Source of the DNA: Pseudomonadota bacterium
GTDB taxonomy: Bacteria > Bdellovibrionota > FAC87 > UBA2466
Assembly: GCA_043718025.1 (NCBI GenBank)
Contig: JAYSWN010000084.1
Span: 1-11,722, forward strand
Length of the DNA stretch: 11,722 bases
Direction: 5' to 3'
Positions 6,790-11,722 of the stretch are shown here, in pieces. Below the pieces are notes generated by a model that saw only the letters and a program-made list of their open reading frames with translations, made no database searches and had not been told where the DNA came from. The first letter of the stretch is position 1, and each line of letters begins with the position of its first letter. The position numbers and the translations under genes are program-made.

Positions 6790-7704
6790 ATGGCCATTAA
6801 TATTAACCGCGACGTCACGCCGGGAGACCTCATTGCGTGGTTGGGAAGTCGCATCGTGACCGTGCTCTTAATCGTTGTTGGTCTACTATTTTTCGTTAGC
6901 TCTTACGCCATCATCGCGCCCGGCAACACCGGCGTTATTTTTAATATTTGGACGGGCGGTCTTCGGACCGTGCCACAAGGAATTGCTTGGCGCTTGCCCT
7001 GGATCACTCGGGTGCAGAGCTATCCCACCGCCCTTCGTACCTACACCATGGTTCGACGCAGCGGCGAAGGGTCGGCGGGAAATGACGACAGTATGGATCT
7101 CCCGACCAAAGAGGGGCAACATATTCGGCAAGATCTTTCGGTGACCTACAACACCACCGAAGAGCGCGCCGCCGAAGTATTTAGATCGTTTCGGGGAGCC
7201 GAAATCGAAGAGATTGAAGCCACCTTTATTCGACGCACCATCATTACCGTGGCCCAAAATGCCGCCGGTCATATGTCGCTATCGGAAATCATTGGAAACC
7301 AAAGGTCAGAACTTCAAGCCTCGATTGAAAAAGTGTTGGACGGCGAACTCAAAAAAATGGGCTTCCATTTAGATAAAGTAAATATGGGAGCAAGCCACCT
7401 TCCCGCCGCGATTGAAGCCCAAATGCAAGCCAAAATGGCCGCTCAACAGACCGCCCTTCAGGCTGACTACGAACTTCTAAAACAGGAAACTTTGGCCAAG
7501 GCGGCGGTGGCCAAAGCGCAAGGCGAAGGTCAGTCGGTTTTGGTTCGCGCCAAGGCCGAGGCGGAGGCCAACAGATTATTGCAGCAGAGTCTCACCCCAC
7601 TCATTGTGCAACGTCAGACCATCGATAAATGGAACGGCACCCTTCCCCAAGTTACCGGCGGGGCCATGCCATTCGTTACGCTAGGAAAATCCGAAGCGAA
7701 GTAA
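6790..7704 (+). CDS. SPFH/Band-7 (prohibitin / HflC-like) family membrane protein
   Basis: 304 aa. It has an N-terminal TM helix (IVTVLLIVVGLLFFVSSYAII) and then the SPFH core (PGNTGVIFNIWTGGLRTVPQGIAWRLPWITRVQSYPTALRTY...), which parallels prohibitin's VDAGHRAVIFDRF.G...EGTHFLIPW. A coiled-coil Ala/Gln/Glu-rich region and the prohibitin-like C-terminal LLQQSLTP...IVQRQTIDKWNGTLP are both present. Confidence 0.85.
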   Translation: MAININRDVTPGDLIAWLGSRIVTVLLIVVGLLFFVSSYAIIAPGNTGVIFNIWTGGLRTVPQGIAWRLPWITRVQSYPTALRTYTMVRRSGEGSAGNDDSMDLPTKEGQHIRQDLSVTYNTTEERAAEVFRSFRGAEIEEIEATFIRRTIITVAQNAAGHMSLSEIIGNQRSELQASIEKVLDGELKKMGFHLDKVNMGASHLPAAIEAQMQAKMAAQQTALQADYELLKQETLAKAAVAKAQGEGQSVLVRAKAEAEANRLLQQSLTPLIVQRQTIDKWNGTLPQVTGGAMPFVTLGKSEAK

Positions 7705-7813
7705 CCGGGCAAATTTCTCGCCGAACCACAACTAGAGAGTGGCGACCCACTTGAGAAAAGGGCTACCGGATTTCCGGCAACCCTTCTTATTGGGGAAAAA
7801 GGCCTGTCTAAGG

Positions 7814-8350
7814 TCAGCTATTGAACATCCAGTTCGCGCAGGCGGCAGGGCCGTTTGGTGCATTTTTGTCGTCGACGAATGCCGAATTTACTTCATCAAG
7901 CTTCTTTAAAATATGAGGATCAGAAATTCGGGCCTTCATGTAATTAACCAGATGCTGTGGACTTGGACCACCCACCGCGTCGAAGCAAGCAAGGCCGCTT
8001 TTGAAAGAGACGAGTTCCGCACTATTCAACTTTTGCTCAAGCCAACCGCTGGCCACGCTGCGCACCATCTCTTCAAAAAAACCTACGTTAGGTACGTCAA
8101 CCTGGGTAATCACTTTTGCGACTTCGCTGTTCTGTACCCGTTCGGCGGTATAGCCTATCGCCTTTACCGCCATATAGCCCACCCCTACCGCACCAACCGA
8201 AAACAAGGCGAATAGTGAGAGACTCGCCATCACGAGCGTTCGCTTGTTGCGTTTCAGAAAATCTAATTGCTTCCCGATTCTTAATTCGTTGTTCATGAAT
8301 AGATAGTGACTCATTCTTTCGAATTGAAGAAATTGATATTCCAGAAACAT
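7814..8350 (-). CDS. hypothetical single-pass membrane protein
   Basis: 178-aa minus-strand ORF with TM segment LVMASLSLFALFSVGAVGVGYMAV. Alternative in-frame ATG starts exist at rc 8312-8314 and 8294-8296, so the start is uncertain. No recognisable domain. Confidence 0.5.
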   Translation of the reverse strand: MFLEYQFLQFERMSHYLFMNNELRIGKQLDFLKRNKRTLVMASLSLFALFSVGAVGVGYMAVKAIGYTAERVQNSEVAKVITQVDVPNVGFFEEMVRSVASGWLEQKLNSAELVSFKSGLACFDAVGGPSPQHLVNYMKARISDPHILKKLDEVNSAFVDDKNAPNGPAACANWMFNS

Positions 8351-8401
8351 TGATTCGTTAAAAACAATATAAGCGCCGCGAAGAGGAAACTATCTCCGAA
8401 C

Positions 8402-8422
8402 TGTCAAAAGGCACTTTTGACA
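8402..8422. promoter_or_regulatory. perfect 9+3+9 palindrome TGTCAAAAG-gca-CTTTTGACA in the divergent promoter region upstream of the repeat-peptide/HTTM cassette
   Basis: Read directly. It places a consensus TTGACA hexamer on both strands. No downstream T-run on either strand, so it is more likely a dimeric regulator site than a terminator. Confidence 0.35.
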
Positions 8423-8442
8423 CTGGTGTTACATGACCACTC

Positions 8443-8451
8443 TGAAATAAT
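8443..8451 (+). promoter_or_regulatory. extended -10-like element TGaAATAAT, about 130 nt upstream of the cassette's first gene
   Basis: One mismatch to TGnTATAAT. No good -35 at 17 bp. This is a weak, sequence-only call. Confidence 0.2.
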
Positions 8452-8581
8452 TTTAGAGACACCTTCCCGATTTCTGCAGATCCCTCCACAGTTCATCAAT
8501 TCTCAATGGCTCTACATTTGCATAAGCACCGCAGAAATACGTAGAGGTTTAGTCTGATCGTTTATTAACGGGAGAAAACTA

Positions 8582-9142
8582 ATGAAAATGACTCGCATTG
8601 CCATGACCGGTTTATCGATTGCTATCGGAGGCGTCGCTTACCTTAAGACATCGCCCTCGTTTTCCTCTGTGCCAATTTCAAACCTAAAACTGATTGCCGA
8701 AACTTCGGCACCCACGGAGGTCGCCTTCAAGTTGGTAATGGCACGTACCAATGGGCTGATCGAAGGCAATTTTCCAGCGGCCGTGATTAACGGAAACTTT
8801 CCCAACGCAGTCACTAGTGGCAACTTTCCCGATGCCGTGACCAGTGGAAATTTTCCGACCAGTGGCATTCCTACCATCTCAGGCGGTAGCCCAGAGGGAA
8901 GGGATGAATTGGTCTCCAACACAAATTCGGTTCAGTCCATATTGGGGGGCAACTTTCCGAACTCCGTGTTGAACGCCAATTTTCCGGACACCCTGTTAAA
9001 CGGAAACTTTCCGAATTCAGTCCTAAACGCCAATTTTCCGGAAACTGCTCTCTCCGGCATCTCAGGCGAGTCGGCAAACCTTTCTGCCGTTTCGTTACGC
9101 GAACTGGAGAGAAATATTCCGCAACCTGAAATTTCTCTATAG
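8582..9142 (+). CDS. secreted protein with eight tandem 9-residue GNFPxxVxN repeats; candidate repeat-peptide precursor / substrate of the downstream HTTM system
   Basis: ATG 8582 is preceded by GGGAG at 8570-8574 with a 7-nt spacing. The N-terminus MKMTRIAMTGLSIAIGGVAYL is signal-peptide-like. The repeat units are GNFPAAVIN, GNFPNAVTS, GNFPDAVTS and GNFPTSGIP, then a 25-aa linker, then GNFPNSVLN, ANFPDTLLN, GNFPNSVLN and ANFPETALS. Each block is followed by an ISG-containing segment (TISGGSPEG / LSGISGESA). Stop TAG 9140-9142. Confidence 0.7.
   Translation: MKMTRIAMTGLSIAIGGVAYLKTSPSFSSVPISNLKLIAETSAPTEVAFKLVMARTNGLIEGNFPAAVINGNFPNAVTSGNFPDAVTSGNFPTSGIPTISGGSPEGRDELVSNTNSVQSILGGNFPNSVLNANFPDTLLNGNFPNSVLNANFPETALSGISGESANLSAVSLRELERNIPQPEISL
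8765..8872 (+). repeat. 4 x 27-nt (9-aa) in-frame tandem repeats, block 1
   Basis: Frame verified at 8765 (GGC = Gly of the first GNFP). The nucleotide copies diverge at synonymous positions (aatttt/aacttt, cca/ccc/ccg) while the peptide motif is conserved. Confidence 0.85.
8948..9055 (+). repeat. 4 x 27-nt (9-aa) in-frame tandem repeats, block 2
   Basis: Frame verified at 8948 (GGC) and 9029 (GCC = Ala of ANFPETALS). Confidence 0.85.
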
Positions 9143-9155
9143 CTAAAGAGTGCCT

Positions 9156-9695
9156 ATGAATTTACTTGGTAGACGTTGGTTAGGAAGTTTGGTGATTTTA
9201 TTGGCGCTGTCGCATTTGACGTGGGTTGCTCTATTTGCAGCCCACGTCCCCATGCCTTCCGAAGGTGCCTTAGGAACCTTCATGCGCTGGTATTTGGGCA
9301 TCTCAGGTTGCAACACCCGCTACGGATTCTTCGCGCCGAATGTGGGAACCAACTTGAGGGCCAGGTTTGAAGTGGTAGATCACAAGGGCACTCACAAGTC
9401 AGAGATTCTTGAGGCAGGTAGCTCGAGAGAATCGCAGATACGAGTTCAAAATGTTATGTCCCTCTTTGGACGATACATTGCCAACCCCAAAATTGAGCGA
9501 TCACTCACCGCTTCCTGGGCCGGAACCGTTTTGGGCCGTTACCCGGCGGCAACTGAAGTGGGTGTCTTCGTTGAAGTGCTCGAATTTCCCGAGCTCTCCC
9601 ATCACGCCAGAGGCAAAGAATCGGTCTGGCGAGAAGTCTACCGCGTTAAATTTACCAGAAATCAAATCAAGAAAGAGTCGTCGAATGGTATCTAA
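9156..9695 (+). CDS. hypothetical 179-aa protein with an N-terminal hydrophobic segment; by position an SdpA-like partner of the HTTM gene
   Basis: The track ORF starts at GTG 9150. ATG 9156 sits 6 nt after AAAGAG (9144-9149) and gives MNLLGRRWLGSLVILLALSHLTWVALFAAHVP... Stop TAA 9693-9695 overlaps the HTTM ATG 9685 (ATGGTATCTAA). No motif I can name. The SdpA-like role is inferred from gene order and size only. Confidence 0.55.
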   Translation: MNLLGRRWLGSLVILLALSHLTWVALFAAHVPMPSEGALGTFMRWYLGISGCNTRYGFFAPNVGTNLRARFEVVDHKGTHKSEILEAGSSRESQIRVQNVMSLFGRYIANPKIERSLTASWAGTVLGRYPAATEVGVFVEVLEFPELSHHARGKESVWREVYRVKFTRNQIKKESSNGI

Positions 9696-10623
9696 AATTG
9701 AGTTGGCGATTCGCAATTTTTTCTTAAAACCGACCAATGGCGCCCCGCTGGCCGTGTTGAGAGTTGGTATTTCGTCGGTACTTCTCATTCAAGGTTTTTG
9801 GATCGCCAATAATTTTGTTTCTCTCTATACCCCCACGGGGTTTCTCCAGGAGGGATTGAATCAATATTTCACCTTTTCGCTAGGCTACTCAACTCTGGTA
9901 CACAAATTTTTTAAATGGTTTGGCAATATTGAAGTGACCCCCGTTCAGGCGTTTCGTGGGCTGTTCTTTGTCTATATCGTTTCACTGGTCCATTTATTGG
10001 TAGGCTTGCGTACCCGTCTTTTTTCGATTCTGGCGTTACTCTGTCACTTCCTGCTTTTGACGACCGGCTATTTTGCTAGCTACGGAATGGATCGATTCTG
10101 CCAAATCGGCCTATTCTACTTAAGTGTATTTCCTTGTGGCGAGGCATTTTCGGTCGAGGCCGGTTGGAATAGAATTACCGAGAGAAAAAATTCATTCAAC
10201 ACTTTAGGATTACGCGTGCTGCAACTTCATCTTTGCATCGCCTACCTTGCCACCGGGGTGGAAAAATCTCTGGGGCACGAGTGGCACAACGGAGAGGCGA
10301 TCTGGAGATCGCTAATGCTTCCCCACTTCCGGCAGTTTGATTTTAGCTGGCTCTCCTCGATGCCGTGGATCGCCAAGCTTGCCGGTTGGGGAACTCTAGT
10401 GGTCGAAGCGGGCTACCCTTTTCTTATCTGGTCAAGGCGCACCAGAGGTATCTGGCTCGCGGCGATCATCGGACTTCACCTTGGCATCAGTGTTTTCATG
10501 GGTCTGGTTTCCTTTGGCCTAACGATGATCGTCTTAAATGTGGCGGCTTTTGGTTTCGCCAAACTCGGCACCTCTGGCTCGGTTGCCGCGCAGCCCCCCC
10601 GCCAGGTAACGCTAGGCCTTTAG
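9685..10623 (+). CDS. HTTM-domain (vitamin K-dependent gamma-carboxylase-like, SdpB-type) polytopic membrane protein, 312 aa from ATG 9685
   Basis: The track's 404-aa ORF from 9409 has a 92-aa N-terminal extension that overlaps the upstream gene in another frame and reads as low-complexity noise. The internal ATG 9685 gives MVSKIELAIRNFFLKPTNGAPLAVLRVGISSVLLIQ, matching the HTTM N-terminal helix (human GGCX LAVFRFLFGFLMVLD). Further matches are LRVLQLHLCIAYLATGVEKSLGHEWHNGEAIW to GGCX [27 protein letters not shown], and WGTLVVEAGYPFLIW-SRRTRGIWLAAIIGLHLGISVFMGLVSFGLTMI to the GGCX/HTTM C-terminal block. About 8 hydrophobic helices. Confidence 0.85.
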   Translation: MVSKIELAIRNFFLKPTNGAPLAVLRVGISSVLLIQGFWIANNFVSLYTPTGFLQEGLNQYFTFSLGYSTLVHKFFKWFGNIEVTPVQAFRGLFFVYIVSLVHLLVGLRTRLFSILALLCHFLLLTTGYFASYGMDRFCQIGLFYLSVFPCGEAFSVEAGWNRITERKNSFNTLGLRVLQLHLCIAYLATGVEKSLGHEWHNGEAIWRSLMLPHFRQFDFSWLSSMPWIAKLAGWGTLVVEAGYPFLIWSRRTRGIWLAAIIGLHLGISVFMGLVSFGLTMIVLNVAAFGFAKLGTSGSVAAQPPRQVTLGL

Positions 10624-11069
10624 CGGCTACGATACAATTTTACCGAGGAGATCGTGCGGTTCACTTCTTTTTGAATGGCTTCGTAGGTTTCTTCGGGCGC
10701 CTCGAACCGCACTTCAAACGCCATCTTCTTTCCGTTCACCTTGGTGAGCGTTTGGGAAGAACGAACCAATCCCGACCCGGTTTGGTAGAGGGAATCGAGC
10801 CATTCGACACCGTGGATGTCGCGGTTGGTAGCGAAGTGCACCTTTTCCCCATGCGGACGCAAGCTCGCTAAGGAAACTCCCGGCAAAATTTTCTTAAGCC
10901 CCATGGTCATCGTGGCCATTTCATCGGAGTAAGGGCTGCGGCAGGTCAAGGACCCTTCATCGATACGACGACACTTCCAATTGGGCGGCTTCTTCCACGC
11001 TTTAACGCGAAACTCATCCGCGTGGGCGCCAAAGGTTAAAAAAAGGAGCGCTAAAAAGGCTAATTTCAT
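10620..11069 (-). CDS. hypothetical secreted or periplasmic protein (149 aa)
   Basis: The minus-strand ATG (rc 11067-11069) gives MKLAFLALLFLTFGAHA-DEF, a clean Sec signal peptide with an AHA cleavage site. The mature part contains 4 Cys. It converges on the HTTM gene with overlapping stops. No recognisable domain. Confidence 0.55.
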   Translation of the reverse strand: MKLAFLALLFLTFGAHADEFRVKAWKKPPNWKCRRIDEGSLTCRSPYSDEMATMTMGLKKILPGVSLASLRPHGEKVHFATNRDIHGVEWLDSLYQTGSGLVRSSQTLTKVNGKKMAFEVRFEAPEETYEAIQKEVNRTISSVKLYRSR

Positions 11070-11199
11070 ACCCGTTTAGGGTGCAACCCGCGCACCAGTA
11101 GGCCTATGCGTACACCCAACTGTATTCCCGTGGTGGGGTGTAAATGGTGACAAACTTTGTCGCCCCAACCGGCGGCGCGAGATTCTTTATGATAATTAG

Positions 11200-11400
11200 T
11201 GGAAAAAAAGGGGGCGTGGCGTCTTTGCTCTCGCGTTGCTCGTGGGGGTGGGACGGCGCTTCCACCCGGCGTTATTCGGGCGGGCAGTGCAAGGCCGGGC
11301 GTTGGCGGCGTGCCTAGCCGTGACTTCACCCGCTTTGCCTTTTTGTCTTTGGCGCGACAACCTCACTTCGGGGCTAGTGCTATTTAGGAGGGCTAGCCAA
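11200..11400. other. sharply GC-rich noncoding island, about two-thirds GC, flanked by AT-rich sequence; possible structured RNA or leader
   Basis: A hand count over 11221-11340 gives about 68% GC, against about 50% for the window. It contains hairpin-capable segments, for example GGCTAG-15nt-CTAGCC at about 11374-11400 and CCTCACTTCGGGG. It has no tRNA T-loop (GTTCRANYC), no RNase P P4 box (GGAAAGTCCGG) and no tmRNA or SRP signature. The only ORF across it (11066-11329, minus strand) is Pro/Arg-rich low-complexity sequence. Confidence 0.25.
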
Positions 11401-11449
11401 GCGAACTAAATCAAAAGCGTTCCACCCGCTTTCGGAGTTTTGTTTAATT

Positions 11450-11463
11450 TTTTTCCGGAAAAA
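11450..11463. promoter_or_regulatory. perfect 14-bp palindrome TTTTTCCGGAAAAA
   Basis: Read directly. AT-rich arms around a CCGG core. It sits in the noncoding stretch about 120 nt upstream of a possible gene start at 11585. Further palindromes GCGTG-ggcg-CACGC / CGCA-cgcag-TGCG lie at about 11545-11563. Confidence 0.3.
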
Positions 11464-11584
11464 TGAGATAAAAAAATTCAGAGCCATTTCAAAGCCAGAA
11501 AATTTCCTCAGAGAGTCTCTCAAAAGTGGTATTTCGCCGTCATTGCGTGGGCGCACGCAGTGCGGCTGAAGCAACCCTTTCATT

Positions 11585-11722
11585 ATGAGTGAAGAGGGAC
11601 GTCGACAAAACCAAGCAGGCCAACGGTTGCCGCGCCTGCTACGCAGGCTCGGTAAATTGGAAAAGGTGGTCGCCCTGGAGTTACGAAACTCCGATGCGTT
11701 GTTTGTAGTTGCGAGACAACAA
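11585..11722 (+). CDS. possible 5' end of a CDS running off the window (MSEEGRRQNQAGQRLPRLLRRLGKLEKVVALELRNSDALFVVARQQ...)
   Basis: ATG 11585 is open to the window end (46 codons). There is no SD and no recognisable homology in so short a fragment. Confidence 0.25.
   Translation, partial: MSEEGRRQNQAGQRLPRLLRRLGKLEKVVALELRNSDALFVVARQQ

Noticed and set aside
6875-7272. ORFs 6875-7144 (+) and 6886-7272 (-) inside the SPFH gene
   Set aside because: They overlap a confidently assigned SPFH/prohibitin frame.
7761-7790. CCGGA-tt-TCCGG mini-hairpin followed by CTTCTTATT between convergent genes, a possible intrinsic terminator
   Set aside because: The stem is effectively 4 bp with a 4-nt loop and the T-run is interrupted. 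It is too weak to call.
7913-8298. Plus-strand ORFs 7913-8215 and 8116-8298
   Set aside because: Antisense to the minus-strand 178-aa membrane-protein ORF. The second is Pro/Ser/Arg-rich junk.
8638-9077. Minus-strand ORFs 8638-8922 and 8871-9077
   Set aside because: Antisense to the repeat-peptide gene. Their open frames are created by the repeats themselves (mirror repeats GKFPLVTA...).
9176-9788. ORF 9176-9370 (+, alternate frame) and ORF 9501-9788 (-)
   Set aside because: They overlap the 9156-9695 and HTTM frames and have no features.
10365-10871. 168-aa plus-strand ORF spanning the HTTM 3' end and the antisense strand of the secreted-protein gene
   Set aside because: Out of frame with HTTM and antisense to a gene with a clean signal peptide. 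It is Arg/Gly-rich low complexity.
11066-11329. 87-aa minus-strand ORF across the GC-rich island whose stop overlaps the downstream start as ATGA
   Set aside because: It is Pro/Arg/Gly-rich with no hydrophobic core and a GTG start. It is open only because GC-rich DNA is poor in stop codons. The ATGA overlap is just ATG followed by AAA (Lys) of the real gene.
11200-11400. Tested the GC island as RNase P RNA, tmRNA, SRP RNA or tRNA
   Set aside because: No GGAAAGTCCGG / ACAGAACCCGGCTTA P4 halves, no GTTCRANYC T-loop or CCA-proximal acceptor pairing, and no GGAA-tetraloop domain IV. A weak resemblance of the minus strand (GCAACGCGAGAGCAAAGACGCC) to the M1 RNA segment GCAACAGAGAGCAAACCGCC is isolated and unsupported by flanking P4 or P15 elements.
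11199-11583. ORFs 11199-11387 (+) and 11380-11583 (-)
   Set aside because: They lie in the noncoding or GC-island region, have low-complexity translations and no SD.
1-11722. Searched for CRISPR arrays, IS or transposase or integrase genes, and rRNA
   Set aside because: The only regular direct repeats are the in-frame coding repeats (GNFP, delta-60). No recombinase-like ORFs. No rRNA-like conserved stretches.

Overview
This 11.7-kb window, about 50% GC, reads as a bacterial chromosomal segment carrying roughly 14 genes on both strands. The gene content suggests a Gram-negative organism. The delta-60-type repeats in the largest gene point towards a Bdellovibrio- or Myxococcota-like lineage, but that is inference only.

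Genes in order:
- The 3' end of a 2OG-Fe(II) oxygenase-like gene (1-288, 5' end outside the window).
- A complete 2OG-Fe(II) oxygenase (303-1184), followed 1 nt later by a TylF/MycF-family SAM-dependent O-methyltransferase (1186-2100).
- A convergent minus-strand gene for a membrane-anchored Pro/Glu-rich protein (2101-2547).
- A divergent promoter region leading into a small lipoprotein gene (2780-3025). This gene overlaps by ATGA the start of a 1119-aa secreted protein (3022-6381). That protein has a Cys-containing N-terminal region, two blocks of delta-60-type repeats and an interposed module of three 'YYV' repeats.
- A small membrane ORF (6566-6787) coupled to an SPFH/Band-7 prohibitin-like gene (6790-7704).
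- A minus-strand hypothetical membrane protein (7814-8350).
- A compact three-gene plus-strand cassette. Gene (i), 8582-9142, encodes a signal-peptide protein with eight tandem 9-residue GNFPxxVxN repeats. Gene (ii), 9156-9695, is a 179-aa unknown. Gene (iii), 9685-10623, is an HTTM-domain (vitamin-K gamma-carboxylase-like, SdpB-type) polytopic membrane protein.
- A convergent secreted hypothetical (10620-11069).
- A roughly 500-nt noncoding stretch with a sharply GC-rich island (about 11200-11400) and several palindromes.
- A possible gene start at 11585 that runs off the window.

I found no rRNA, tRNA, CRISPR array, transposase or integrase.

The best candidate for a previously undescribed system is the cassette pairing a repeat-peptide protein with an HTTM protein. 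It resembles an SdpABC-type peptide maturation/export module with a novel multi-repeat substrate. Other points of note are homopolymeric G9 and C8 tracts inside coding regions, palindromic operator-like sites in two divergent promoter regions, and the unexplained GC-rich island.
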